From assembly GCA_023213395.1 (NCBI GenBank), contig CM041465.1:199089741-199153740 (forward strand): a DNA stretch of 64,000 bases, read 5' to 3'. The DNA comes from Cycas panzhihuaensis. Lineage: Eukaryota; Plantae; Cycadophyta. Numbering within the stretch: position 1 is the stretch's first letter; each line of letters starts with the position of its first letter. Of the stretch, positions 1-14,999 are shown piece by piece. The position numbers were made by a program, and so were the translations under genes. Below the pieces are notes generated by a model. That model was not told the DNA's origin, searched no databases, and saw only the letters and a list, made by a program, of their open reading frames with translations.

Positions 1-926
1 TCCAAAAACATATTTAGAAATATTTTACTAAAGTAAGGGAAACCTTGGATTGGAAGTAATATCTAGTTCCCCTATTAAATCTAACATGTTTTTTCTCTTT
101 GCACACATAGCATAAACCATTATATAAAGTAGTAACAATAATAAAGCAAGCATGAAAGGCAAACAAGCACATTTGGCAACTTTCTATTTCAATTTTCAGT
201 TATATGAAAATATCTTACACTATTTCTAAAATGAATCTCATCTGTATGATCTATACTGCTAGTTCTTGACTTGTGTACACACTCTTCTTGGTTGAAATAG
301 AACAAGGTTGACTGAAGTCTAGGCCCTAAGGGAGGTGTGAATTTCATACTAGGTTTGGTCTTAACCAGAATAATGGTGGAGGGACAGGTTAGCCATACCT
401 ACAGCCTCTAATTAGGGATAATCCTTATAACCACCCTAAAAAACTAAAAATTTTAATGCAAGATTAAAATTAATTTAGTCCAATATCCATCATAGTCGTG
501 GGATATACACTATAGTTTGACTCTTCGGATGAGGTATATAGCTGCTCATTGGTGAATTGGGTGAGGACTGGGAGTACCTAAGTTCCATTATGACTTGGAT
601 TTTATCACCAAGTGCAAGTGGAGGTATCACAAGTGAATGCCTTAATCGTATACTAGAAGCCTTAGGCATTGAAACCTCACATACATTTAGACATAAGTGA
701 GAGGTTAGTGGTATGACACATCACCACTCTTTGTTAGCTCTATATTAGGCCTTATTCTTGCATCATTGCTTATATTTATTTTATTTTTTATAGTTCTTGA
801 AAAATAATTAATCATTGCTTGCTTCTCATCATAAGCATTCATTTCTACATCCTTACTGTACCAGGTGTTTTAGCCACACGTGTCAGTAGCACATACTTTT
901 ATCATCTCTTCTACTTCATCATCACC

Positions 927-3900
927 ATGCCATCTCAATTCAAGCAGAACGTTAACTATATATTGAAAGACAAAGAAAATTGGGATTTATAGTACACTAG
1001 AGTTAAAAATGATATAACGTATGAAGGCCTTTAAAGAGCCCATTTGCAGCCTACACCTAGCATACTAGCAAGAGCTACAATAACCGCTTCTGGTGAATCC
1101 TCCCCAATAGCTCCTACAGATGCTACAGCCAAACTACAATGGAAAATAGATGATGAAAAGATTTATACAGGAATTTTATTGGTCACTAATCACTCTTTGT
1201 ACAACTTGATTAATGAAGAGCAATATAATGTAGCATGAAAGGTTCTCAAAGTTCTCAAGAAGAACTTTGATACCAAATCAGATTTAGAATTTATTTATCT
1301 TATTCTAAAAATGAATAAATTAAAAATGCAGAAGGGACGGGCTCATCAGACAATAAATCTCCTTCGACCAATCAAACAAGCAATTCATAAAGATTTTAAG
1401 ACTCAATGTATCACTTGGGCATTCTTGATCCAGTCATGTCTACATGTTCCTAATTATAAAAACTTACTTAAAAGTCTTCAATCTAATGGAGTCCATAGAA
1501 TTTGATAAGACCTTTGATACGAACTTTGTAGCCTCTGACTCTCTTCCAAATGCAACCTTTGAGATAGAAGAAGAAGTTTACTATACAAGAAATTAAGGTC
1601 TCTCTCGTGGTAGAGAAAATAACCGAGTAAGAGGAAGATGAAGAAACATAAGAAATCATCCACAAGGTCAACCAAACCCCGAGTCACAACCTCGACAGTT
1701 TCAAGGCCAAGGGCCACCTCAACAAAGAGCAAGACAATCAGGCTAAACCAGTACCTCTTCAGGGACTAGTAATCAAACTATTATATATGTTCAGTGTAAC
1801 CGTAAAGGGCACTTGGCAAAAGACTTCAAAACTACCACTTATAAGTTGGCCAAGTTACAACTAAAACATGGAGCTCATAATGTTTAAGAAAGTTATGAAG
1901 AGTCCTTTAGTGGTGCAGGTTTTGTACAAGTACATGTTCAAAGAATTGAGGGATCTTCAACATCAAATACCATTGACCAACCAAAGAGGTACTTTGAAGC
2001 TCGATGTGGATATATCATTTGTGAATTCTCTTCACCAATGCCAAGGCTTATTGGAATTACCAATAGTGTGGCTTCAATCGATGGACAGTGGATCATGGAC
2101 ACAGGAGCAACTCAATATATGACATATAATTGCAGTCTATATCAGACATTTAACTCAAATATTCAAGGAGTTATTCACGTGGTTGATAAATCACAACAAC
2201 TTATTGAAGGAATTGGTAACGTTCACCTAAAACTCCCAGGCTTAGAAGAATTTACATTGCTTGATGTCTTATACATACCCAATCTTAAACAAAACCTACT
2301 TTTCTTATCCACACTTGTCTCTCATGGATTTGATTTGAGTGTAACCATAAATGACTAGACTCTCTAGGTCATTCACCCTCCAACTAATTAGGTGGTTTTG
2401 ACTGGACATCTCTCTAGTAAACTCTTTCGACTGAATGGCTTTCTATCTTCTGAAGCCCATTGTGCCTAAAGCCCTTGTGCCAATGAAGAATTTACATTTA
2501 ATTCCATCTTGAATCATTCAACGTTATCACCATAAGCTCTTTGGCATGCTCGCATGAGCCATGTTCACATTGATAGACTTAGAGATCTTTCTAACACTCT
2601 TCCAAATCTTCCAAAGTTCTCCTCTAATCCCTTTAAATGCAAAGCTTATATCATTGTCAAATCTCATAGACAACCCTTTCCCAAAAGTCAGTAGAAATTA
2701 AGCCATCCATTATAATTGGTACACTCTTATTTGTGCAGGCCAATGCCCATTCCTTCACTAAAGGGTAAGTTATTTTATATCTCCTTCATTGATGATTTCA
2801 CTAAAAAAATATGGGTAGCTTTTCTACTCAAGAAAGATAAAGCCCTTCATATATTCAAAGAATACAAATCCCTCATTGAAAAGGAGTCAGGTTATTAACT
2901 CAAATATCTTTGAACTGATAATGGTGGCGAATATACCTCACATGAGTTTGAAAGCTATCTTCGCGATAATGACATAAAGCATCAAACAACAGTAGCAGGT
3001 ACACCATAGTAAAATGGAGTCGCCAAGTATATGAACAGGATAATCATAAACATGGCTCAGGCTATATTGATATACAAAAATATACCTTCCTACCTATGGG
3101 CCGAAGCTATCTAAACAACTATTTATTATATCAATGTTGTTAGCCCATCAAAAGTAGTACAATCACCTAATGAAAAGTGGTTAGGACAAGTCCCCATTGT
3201 TCACTACAAAATTTTTGGCTCTACATGCTATGCCCACATTCTGGATGCAGATCAAAATAAACTATAGCCAAGGGCACTTAAAGGTATCTTTGTTGGATAC
3301 CCTATGGATAAGAAAGGGTATAAGGTTTTTATACCTTCACAAGGAAAAATCATTATTACTAGAGGTGTCATTTTTGTAGAGACAGAAGATCAGTTATTTA
3401 AACTGGACTTTAAAGTACCCTCAGGGTGCTATAATCGTGTTATCAAGTATGATGTTCAAATTTTAAAATTTAGGACGGGGGATAGAAATAAATTACTCTA
3501 AATATTGGAAGCTGATAGTAGAGCCTCAGAGGATATAAGTTGTGACTCTGAACTGATGAGTGCACATCTAGCACCATCTTTTGAAGATAGTAAAATTAAC
3601 AAAGGCAAAACCATTATAGAAGAACCATCCTCTCTACCTTCAGTCAACAAAGATAAAACATTGGTAGAAAGACCATCTTCCTGAGGCGCATCAACATCCT
3701 CCTCACAAAATAATCATTTCAATGAACAAGATGAGAATCAAGAAGTTGAGAAAATGACCACATTCCCAACTCGAGGATCTCAAGAAGCCTACCAAATCAA
3801 TAAGGACATATGACTAGATGATGTGGGAAAAATTGGCACTCGAAGTACCCATAGCAAAAGGATGCAAGAATTATTATATATTGAGCTTGAACCGGTAGAA

Positions 3901-4452
3901 CTACACCTTACTCTTAATGAAGAGCCCTTAATGTACCAAGAAGTAATGCAATGAACGAATAGTACCAATCTCTTATCAACAACGGTACATGGGAGCTCGT
4001 TGATCTACCTCTTGGCAGAAAGGCAATTCAAAATAAATGGGTCTTCAAAAGTAAATATGGAACAGATGGCACATTGAAAAATGCAAGGTGACATTGGTAG
4101 CTAACTAATTTACACAAAGGAAAAGCATCGACTATACTGAAGTATTTGCACCTACAACCAAGTAGCCTACAATTAGAACTCTTGTGGCCTTGGGCGTCAA
4201 TGTGGTTGGAAAATCCACCAACTCGATATTAAGACCGCGTTTCTCAATGGAGATCTTAAAGAAGAAATTTACATGGCTCAGCTAGAAGGATATGAGATTG
4301 AAGGTCAAGAGCATAAGGTTTGCGGTGCTCGTAAAGTCCTTATACTGACCTCAAACAAGTCCCTCATTCTTGGTTTGCCAAGTTGTCCGAAAGAATTAGG
4401 CAACTTGGATATGAGGTTCAGGACTACCAAGATATTGATGCAACATTGTTCA
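927..4452 (+). mobile_element. Degenerate Ty1/copia gag-pol (gag, zinc knuckle, PR, GAG-pre-integrase, INT, 5' part of RT), truncated in RT
   Basis: Zinc knuckle CVQCNRKGHLAKD ~1787-1825; protease WIMDTGATQYMT ~2089-2125; LWHARMSH ~2540; INT SFIDDFTKKIWV and TDNGGEY 2716-3400; RT IHQLDIKTAFLNGDLKEEIYM ~4213-4275; many C>T stops and frameshifts. Confidence 0.9.
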
Positions 4453-4779
4453 TTATTTTTTAGCTCTAGGTGGATTTCTTTTGTTGGTTCATCATCTAAA
4501 TGATAACATATTAAGAAAAATAAAAGATGAGTATGTACCTTTACTTACTTGTTACTCTAATGTCCATGCCATTCTTAGTTTATGGGAAACACTTACCTCC
4601 TTAGCAGTAAAACCTCTTCAACTTATGGCTAAAAGATAGTAAATTCTATCAATAAAGATCTCTTTAAAGATATTACCCTTAGTTTAGCCACATTGGAAAG
4701 ATAAGTTAGAGGTGTATTGACTAGGAAGGGTAATAGGTCAGTGACTAGATCAAACCAATATAGGCTAGTGGTTGTAAGG

Positions 4780-6230
4780 AACCTAGATAAGTATAAATAG
4801 GGCCACCATAGTTTATCCTCATGAGTGGCTATCTTTTATAGTGGTCTTAGGTAGTTGGAGGATTGGACTAATAACTAAATAAGATAGGCATGATAGCCAA
4901 AATTTGTGTTCAAAAGCTTAGGGACTTGGACAAATGAGGTAATGCTTTGAATACTAAGGGAGAGGACTCAAGTGTCAAGGTAGGTTGCCATAGTTTAGCC
5001 TCATTAGTAGTCGTTTGTCGAAGGAGGTCTTTGGGATTATCTTAGAGCCATAGTTTTTATTTTTATGGTTTTATAATTTTCTTGTATTTTTGTTATTTTA
5101 TAATTTTTTTAGAAACTTTAATAGTTTTATATTAGGTTTTTAGTTTTTAAGATGTTTTCCTAAAATGAGGTAGATAAACTAGAAAGGAAATGACATAAAT
5201 AAGCAAGAAAGAGGTTTTGGATACTAACAGAATAATACCCTCTAGGGACATTATAGCCTAACTAAGTATATATAAGTGTTTACAAATGTACATAATAGTT
5301 TATCCATATTTCATAGTAAAAGTGATAATTTAGGCTCTTATCAAAGTGAAGGGGAAGCTGCCACCTTGGCCTAACTTTCATGGTGGGCTAAGGATACCAG
5401 AAATTATCACCACAATTTAACTTCTTTGGTGAGTACCCCTTAGAGGTAGTGATAGAGGAGTTGTCTAATAGACAGGGTCTTAATAAAAGGCCTATTAGGT
5501 TAGAGGAGGATCTTCCATCTATAGAAAATGGTACTCAAGAATGAAGGTGACCAATCGATTTATCTCAATCTTATATTCTTGTGGGATATAGTCGGTGCTA
5601 ATAGGAGAGAATCGTGCTAAGTGGAAGCTAACCTAGTTAGAAAGGGCATGCAATTTAGGACAATGAACTTGGTAGACCTATGTAAGTTATGAGACAATAA
5701 GCTAGGAGTCTAAGTATAATATAATAGGGACTTGATGAATACCTAAAGCATTAGTCGAGGCCTTTATAACAGTAATGTATTTAGCTATGTTATTAGTTGT
5801 TATAGGCAAATAGACTCCAAAGTGAATAAGTAGGTGTCTTGGGTGATTATAAATGGTTTAAGATACAATTGAATGGATAGGATTCCCATGGCTAGCTCTA
5901 TCGGTATGGATAATCAATGCCATGGGGAAATGCAATAGTAACTTAGAGTAGGCTTGATGAATGAAGGGGATGGGAAAAAATTAGCCAACATCACTAGGGC
6001 ATAGGTTTGTTTATAAGCTTTGACTAAAACAACGGATTAAATGCAAACATTATTAGTGGATCTATGTTAGTATCATGAGTAATTTTATGGTTTATTTTGA
6101 ATTTATCTATGTTGAGTAGGTTTCGATCGTAACTAAGGCCACAATGGACCCAAGTAGTTAGATCTAAAGGTCCTAAATAACCCATACATCTAGACCTAAA
6201 TTACAAACTATAGGTGGGGATAAGACTGAT
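4780..6230 (-). mobile_element. Highly degenerate Tat-like gypsy remnant: integrase C-terminus, then aRH-like RNase H remnant and 3' region
   Basis: Minus strand: INT tail (KAYKQTY ~6000-6025, YLKPF ~5850-5866). Then DGRSSSN (~5500-5520) and S*IVV (~5408-5422), matching DGRSCGN and SQIVV of the aRH at 45130-45549. Shares a 30-nt motif with that element. Confidence 0.5.
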
Positions 6231-6804
6231 ATGTGACCTTCCCTAGATATTATAAAAGTGGTGGTAAGTACATACAACTTGTGCTCCCAGAAATAATTAT
6301 ATATCTCTCATATGATATCAAAATCCAGTGGCATTAGTTGTATTCTAAGTTGACTCTTGGAGGTTTTAATAAGTGGTCATATAATATGCTTTGAAGATTT
6401 TTTAAGGCAATTTTAATGATATTATGTTTGAATATTGATTTGACAAGATGTTAAAGTGAAGCATGTGATTTAAAAAAAAGGTGTTTTGTCACATGGGACT
6501 ACTTAGATTACCATTTCTACAGGTTTGTTCCATGGTGTAGTGGATGGGGCTGAGAGTTTTCAGCTTGATTTGTCTCTTCTGCTTATGGCCTTAGTTGAGA
6601 GAGGCAAAAATAGGTAAAATGAGAGCAGGTGAACACTACTTAGAAGGTGGATATTAGTGAACCATGTACAAGAAATCTATTTTAGAGAACTAGTGAGTAC
6701 AATAATCGGTTACACATGTGCTTTAATAGATGTTTGGTTTTTATGTAGACCCATCATCAAGATTTAAAGTAGTTATGTGATATGGTCTAACATTAAAGGG
6801 GGAA

Positions 6805-7155
6805 TATTAGGTAATGTTAACCTATAAAAAAAATTAATTAATGTAAATCAATGTGGTTATCCCTTTAATGTAGTTAATTAATTGACTAAGTGGCTTGTGA
6901 AATGTGATTGGATAACTAAGTGGTTTAATATACCATAAATACATATCAATTTAATAATATAATTTGGAGGTGGCTATTTCCCACAAGTATGTTATATTCC
7001 GAACATACATATTTATATTTATTCTTTATTTCCACATGTATGGAATAGTCTCATAATCTTGTATGAACATAAGACCTATATGACATGTGTTTATGCACTT
7101 TTATTTCCATCATTTGGTATCTCGTGATATGTTTTGATCCTACCATATTCTAACA
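6805..7155 (+). mobile_element. 3' LTR of a copia element, preceded by a PPT (possibly the end of the 927-4452 element)
   Basis: PPT aaagggggaa 6795-6804 abuts tattag; ends ctaaca (degenerate TGTTAG...CTAACA termini). Confidence 0.55.
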
Positions 7156-8684
7156 AAGATAATATATGTTATGTGTTTCATGCTATTTATTATATGTGGT
7201 TATTGTATCTCTAGCTAAATATACATCTTCAACTAGACTTTTTGATGGCTAAAAATTTTATTTTATGCATAACTTAGAATTTTTTTCTTTTCAATTAATC
7301 TCTCTCAAATAACATATGAGATCTCTCCTCATCTCATATGAGATAGTTAACTATAACTATTCATTCTTAAACAATATCAACATCTCAAATAATATTCTCT
7401 CCTTTATCAACATGCATCTCAATTCTTCATTCTCACCTTCCATTTCAAACCAACTAAGTCAAGATTCAACAAGATAATAATGTCATTCATTAATAACATT
7501 CTTTTAAATATATCAAGGTGTTTTCAAATATATCCTTCAATCATTCATTCAATTAGGTGATTATTATCATTTTTCTTCAACATTTCATGTCTTAAATTTA
7601 TCATAATTTAATCGACTCACTATAAAGAGTTTTACTCTTCTTCATGGGGGATCAACAAACATCTTCTTGGAATGTAAATGTGTCATTTTTCATCATTATA
7701 TATGTTCTTAAGTGTGTTTAAAACTTGAAAAATAGCCAATATTTTTTTCCTTCTCTTTTCATTAAAATTCATTAAAACATTTATATAAAATGTACAAATA
7801 CACCAACGAACCTTCAACCATTCAAAAAGGATTCTCATGTATTTTATATTTTTTAAATTTAAGCCATTAAATATATTAAATAAGATATTCAAACATCCAA
7901 TTGTAAGTTTTTCATCAAACGAATATTTATCATCATTAACATGCATTTAATATACTTCGGCATACACCTAAGAACCCTTAAAATCATTTTTAAAAAAAGT
8001 TAGATATGGTTTTTCATTTCTCAACAAATGACTTTATAACTATACCTAAAAATACTTTTCCAAATTTACTAATTAAAATTTTTATCCTTTAATTTCTAAG
8101 TTATACCTCATAATCACTCATTATGTATGTATATGAGTTTAATTTCTAATGCCTTAATTAAATCAAAATTTTGACTTCATATGTAATAACTATTCTTAAA
8201 ATACTACTAGTGTATCATAATATATATATGTATATATAGATACACATGCCTCTTGTAATAACGTTCACTCATGTATGCAGAGGGCTAGCCTATGTAGGTG
8301 AATTTTAAATAGTAATAGCCTTCCTCACATATTTATGGACTAGTTCAAACTTATATGTTTAATGAAATATGGTGCACCACGTGCATAAATACATCCATGT
8401 AAAAGCATCAATAAAATATCTCCACTGTTTTAACTTTCAATACTATCAACATGCCCTTGATATATGGTCACATCTCATTGGTATACCACCAATTTATAGC
8501 TTATCATAATAATCTATTAATTAGCTTTTAAAATGACTGATGCTAGCTTGATACTTGCTTTTTAATAGCTATACACAATGCATATATAGATCATCTTTAG
8601 ATAGCAAAGATTTCCACCAAGTTCTTATGGTCTTTAATATTCTAATTATTTACTTCATTCATCTAAAACTAGCTTTTCACACAT

Positions 8685-8900
8685 CTCCTAGGATCTTCTA
8701 CTGACTCCAACCTCTTTCTACATACTTCTTACTTTATTCAGGCTTTTATACCATTTAAATTTTATGAAATCATCTTGTGTGTAGCTCTAAAATTATCTCA
8801 CAGGCCTCCTGGGATCTTCTACTAACTACAAACTCTTTTTATATACTTCTTGCTTTAATTAGGCTCTAATATCATATTAAAATTTCTGAAATCATCTTAT
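8685..8900. repeat. Diverged 121-bp tandem duplication containing a minus-strand PBS/LTR junction
   Basis: ctcctaggatcttctactgactcc (8685) vs ctcctgggatcttctactaactac (8806); PBS-like gcttttatacca 8742-8753 and gctctaatatca 8863-8874 (degenerate reverse complement of tggtatcagagc). Confidence 0.75.
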
Positions 8901-9399
8901 TAAAATTTAACATACTTTAATACTATATTGGATTTGTTATACATATAAGTTGGTTTTATTTTATAAAGAACTCATACCCTATAACTTGCACAAATAATAA
9001 ATGAATTATGATTCATAAGTTAATCATAAGATAAGACATTAAACACATATAAATAAGATATATATACAACAATATAACATAATCATACATAGAAAAAATA
9101 TCATATAAGATAAGATTAATATATGAAAAGCTCTTGATTAGAAAAACCATAAGAGAAAAGTGATCAACTCAACTCTTAATTGATCTTTTGATATATGCAC
9201 ATATATATAATGATTATCACCTCATATATAAGTAATAGAATATAAGAACTTCAACAATCAATGATATCATATTAGTACATTGACCACTTAAATTATATGT
9301 AAGAACCTTTATGTTGAACAATCATATTATATCACAACTTAGCCATATAAATTAAATATTACATCAAATATTATGAAATCTAGTATTTTAATAAAATTG

Positions 9400-9719
9400 T
9401 ATTATGGATTTAATCCCCTAATTCACATTCTTTTATATTCTCTTATATCTTCTACTTCTTCTCTCTCTTATCTTTTCTTATATATTCTATTTCTTCTCTC
9501 TTCTTTATATCCCATATGCATAAGTAGTAGGTTATGTAGTAGCCATAGAGCCTTATATATATTCATGTAATCCTTAGAGGAGTATCTTAAATATCATTAC
9601 TATTGTATATAATTAGGAGGTTATCCCCTTGAAGGGTATTCCAATACAAGTATTCTCTTTGGTATTATTTGGGCATTGTATTGGTGTATTATTATCATCG
9701 AAGGAATGATATCCTACCA
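9400..9719 (+). repeat. 5' LTR of chromovirus
   Basis: Aligns with 15000-15360; followed by tRNA-iMet-type PBS. Confidence 0.9.
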
Positions 9720-12700
9720 TGTGGTATTAAAGCAATCGATTCACAGACTGTGGGAGAGTCAAATGTATTAAATAGTTAGTTTTTTTTAATCAATTTTTAT
9801 TTCTGTTAGTATTTATTCTCATTTTAAATTTTTGCCTAATTACTTCTACTTTTTTGGTGTAGATAACATTGTAATCAGGTAGGTATCCTAACACTACTAT
9901 TGGGCAATTTTTCCCTACATTTAGATAGGACCTTATATTGAGTATCTATAAATATCATGAGGAACTATCATTTTAAGCTATGTTTATTATGGCTTTTATG
10001 TCCTCTATATGAAGAATTAGAGATCACACTCCTGAACCAAGCCTTAGATAAAACTTGGCTCTAAAACTATACCTCCACATACCTATGGATCTATAAGAGG
10101 ACTACTTAAGTAGGTCTTCTTAGTATAGGTAACCATAAGAAACTTATCAGCCATCTACAATTTATAGTACACTGGTAAGCAGTTAGCCTCATGAAGTTAC
10201 TCTCCTCATACCCTAGAGACGGGATAGTATACCTGTAGGGTAGAGCATTAGCCTCTATAAGTTGATACTATTTATGACTAGGATCAATATAATAGAGAGC
10301 CTATAAACCAGATAATCCTAGACCTAGTAAGCCTAATTAGTCTATTAGTAGTACGTGTATACCTAGAAAGTTAATTTACTCATTAATTTATAAACCTAGT
10401 ATGTCTAGCTAGCTTGTTGTTAATCCATACATATGTAATCCATTAGTTAATCAGCTAATTGTATGTGACCAAAAAATTTTAAAAAAGAAAGAAAAATAAA
10501 AATAAAAGTAAAAAAGAAAAAAAAATAAAGTTAGTCAGTCAATTGGAAGTGATGAAAAAATCCATATTGCTTTATTATAAAAGATTGAAGATAATAATCT
10601 ATTAACACTTTATCAAGCCCTTTTTATTCACATTTACTAATTAGGATTCAACTTAGGTCTTGTAAACAAATGGTCACTAAGTTAAACCCTAACTAGAACT
10701 GAAATCTTAATGATGTTATCATACAACTTGAAGGAGACATGTTGCAAATCCAAACTAACTTCAATGAAAATTTTGAAAGGGTAATACAAGAGCTCATAAT
10801 TATGAAACTTTCTAATGAAGAAGACAACCATTACAAGTTAGAAGAAAATATTGAATTCAATGATACTACTCACATACATGAGGGTCACTTTAATAACGAA
10901 GATAAAGATAATGATAATAGATGCTTCCATCTTAACTCTCTTCCTAAGTTAGAAATCAAGAAATTGAATGGCACATATGTGCATACCTAGGTCACCCAAA
11001 TGGAGTAATACTTTTATCTTTACTAGGCTCTAACTGACAAGAATATCCCTATTATCTCTCTACACATGGATGGGCTTAGTTATTAATATGAAGGTTTTGT
11101 CAAAGACCTTATAGCTTAATATAATAACACATAAGATCACAACCACTTCAACTAATTAGCTAAAGTCAAATAGAAGGGCACTATTTCAACTTATACAACA
11201 TAATACCAATGTCTCTCCATAAGGGTTTATGGTCTCTATCATGACAAATTACTTGAGTTATACATTGGTGTATTATAGGATGACATCGCACATGAGTTAT
11301 AACCCTTAAAACTTAATAACATCTCTATATCTATCAAATTTTCTTAACACATTGAAGCTAAAAATAATGTATCTTGACCATTTCCATGAATTTTCCTAGA
11401 AAAATGATCGTAATCTTAGCTTTTTTATATGTGATAAATGACTTCCCCAGAGATAGATGAAAAATGATTGAAAGGGTTATGTTTTTTTTACAATAAAAAG
11501 TAGAACAAAGAACATAAGTGCCTTGAACGGTGCTTATTAATTATTAAGGACATCCTAGATGATGGACCAACAAAAGAAAGCCACCTAGAGCTAAAAAATA
11601 ATGACCATGATCCACTTGAGGAGGAAGACAAAGATTACCACTATTATATCTATGCATGCCCTTATTGGAATTGTGACCCCACAAACACTCAAACTTATTA
11701 GGTATATCAAGAAAACGAAAGTGGTTATCCTCATAGATTTTAGGAGCACCCATAATTTTTTAAATTAGAAACTTATTGAAGAACTCAATTATGTTCTATA
11801 TCTTATAAAAAATTTCTAGGTTATTGTGATTAATAGAGGGACACTCTCTTTATGGGAAAAAATATCATTATATCAAGCTATAAATAGGTTACTATCACCT
11901 CTTCACTTCTATGTATGCCATTCCTATTAAAGAAGTCGATGTTGTACTAGGGGTATAATGGCTTAAACCATTAGAGACCATTCAACTAAATATGAAAGAG
12001 CTCTTCATCTGATTTACTTATGAAGGAATTGACTATGAATTGAATGGGATAATTCCTCCCCCAACCTAAATCATCAACTCGCATTGTATGGAGAGGCTAA
12101 TTAAAAATGGTGGTATAAGGATCATTTCTAAATATTATGCTCTGGAAGGTTAGAAACTTCCAATAGAGGGGGGTATTCTCCAAGATGATAACATCCTCAA
12201 TGACTTGAAATTAGTGCTTTATCACTAAAACCAAGTCTTTAAGGATATTCCTCAAGGTCTTCCCCTAACATAAGACTAAGATCATGACATTGACCTAGTA
12301 GCTAGAAGTAATCCTCCTTATATTCAGCTATATTAGTACCCCTACTAATAAAATAATAAATTTAAATAGATAGTTTAATAACTCCTTAATGCCAGTATTA
12401 TTAGGAAAAGTAAAAGTACCTTTTCTACCCTAATGATTTTAGTAAGAAAAAGTAATGGCTCATTTTGCATGTGTGTAGACTATCATGAGCTTAATAAGAT
12501 AACCACGAAGGATAAATTTTCTATATCATTCATCGATGAACTCTTAGATGAGTTCCATGGAGTAACATTCTTCACATCATTAGACTTGAAGTTAGGATGC
12601 CATCAAATTAGGATCAAGGCAAATGATGTTTACAAGATGATATTTCATACACATGAATGGTATTATGAATTTTTAGTCATATCATTTGGCCTTACTAATA

Positions 12701-14999
12701 CCCCATCCAACTTTCAATAACTCATGAACAAACTCTTTTAGCCTTATTTAAGAAACTTTGTGCTAGTCTTCTTTTATGACATTCTGATCTTTAGTCACAC
12801 TTGGGAAGACCATCTTCATCATGTTGATAAGGCATTATAGGTGTTTACAAATAACTAACTTTATGCCAAAATTTAAAGTGTTACTTTAAGCAAATAGAAA
12901 TAGAATATTTAGGCCATATTATCTCCCAAGAAGGAGTTAAGGTGGATCTTAAGAAATTTCTAATTATCATAAATTGGCCTAAACCCAAAAATATCAAGGC
13001 CTTCATTGATTCTTAGTAATCATAAGGTATTATTAAAAGTTTATTTAAGGTTATGCAAGGATTACTTCTGCATTAATTAACTTGTTAGAAAAGGATTTGA
13101 ATACTTAAAGGTGGCTTTAACTACCACTTCAGTTCTTGCAACACCAAGCTTTATAAAGACCTTCACTATTGAATGTGATGCATTAAGGTAAGGAATTAGA
13201 GCAATCTTAATATAAGAAGTGAAACCTTTAATCTTTAAAAGTCATCAACTTACAACCAGGGATAAGTTAAATCCACATATAAGAAGGAGATGATGGTAAT
13301 TCTCCATGAAATTAGGAAATGAGGATAATATTTACTTGGGATACATTTTTAGATTAAAACAAACCATGATAGCTTAAAACATTTCCTAGCTTAAACGATG
13401 ATATCTGAGGAACAATAAAAATCGGTCACTAAAATGCAAGATCCTTGAAATCATATATAAAAAATGCAAGGATAATATAGTGGCTAATGCTTTATGTCAC
13501 AAGGAAGAAGGCTCTGTACTATATCCTATCGCCATGGTCAATCCCTCTTGGATAGCAGTTGTCAAACAAGAATAGGATCATGACCTCTTTATGAAGTAGA
13601 TCATTCAAGACCTTCAAGATGGGGTAGGGTACTCAACCCACTACACATGGTTCATAAATATTCTTTGGTATAAGAATAGGATATATATGTACCCTCACTC
13701 TAGTCTTAATGAGTAAATTTTGCATGATACACATGCCTCCCCAATAGTATGTTATTCACGTTTCCTATGGATATAGTACTACTAAAAATAATATTTATTT
13801 TGGAAGGTCAAAAAAGAAGATGTAAAGCAATATGTTTCCTCATATGAAATTTGTCAATGATATAAGATAGAAATAGTCAAGTCCCAAGACTGTTGTAACC
13901 CCTTCCTAGACCAAATCAGCAATGGGAAGAAATTTCCATAGACTTCGTAGTGGGTCTTCCTAAGTTTGAAAGAAAAGATGTTATACTTGTGGTTGTTGAT
14001 ATGATAACTAAATATTCTCATTTATATAGCATCCAAACCATATATAAGGTAAAATAAATTACTGAGATCTTTTTAAGGGATATACACAGGTTGCATGGCA
14101 TGCCCAAACATATAGTTAATGATCATGATCTAGTTCCCTAACAACTTCTAAACAAAACTCTTTTATCTACTCAGTAACAAGCTAACAATAAGCTCATCCT
14201 ACCATGTACAAATAGATGGTTAAACTAAGGTGGTTAATAAGTGCCTTCAAAGATACATTTGTTGTTATGCTTTAGACAAGCAAGGCTAGTGGTATCATTT
14301 GCTTCCCTTAGTAGAATGGTGGTATAATGCAACTTATCACGTATCAACTAGAATGGCTTTATTCCAAGCATTATATATCTATGAACCACCTACACTTAAG
14401 AATTATGCCATAATTAGTTCTAAGTTTCAAGTAGTCAAGGACCACATCCATCAAATAATAGAGATTCTAAAGATACTAAAGGAAAATTTGAACCTTGTAT
14501 AAAATTAAATGAAAGAACAGGTAGATAAAGTGTGAAGTGAATAAGTACTTTAACTAAGTAATTAGGCATACTTATGGTTGCAACCATACAAGCAGGCATC
14601 TCTCAAATAAGATGGGAAGCGAAAATTACAACCATAACTTTATGGACCTTACAAAATTCTCAAGAAGATCGATGAAGTTACATCTACATTGGACTTACCA
14701 CCACCATCAAGGATCCATAATGTCTTTCATTTTTTATGTCTCAAGATGGTAATTGGGTAGTGGACACAAGTTCAAATAGCATTACCTATCTTAAATGATG
14801 TGGGGCAAGTTCAACTCATTTTAAAATGCATCATCAAGAGAAGAATTCAACATCTACGATCTAGATAAATCATTGAGTATCTCATCAACTAAAAATAACT
14901 TCCATAAGAAGATGTAAAATGGGAGAATGAACAATTTATCCATGAGCAATCTGAGATCAGTAAGATTTAAGGGCAAAGCTTTTTTAGGGGGGGGGGACT

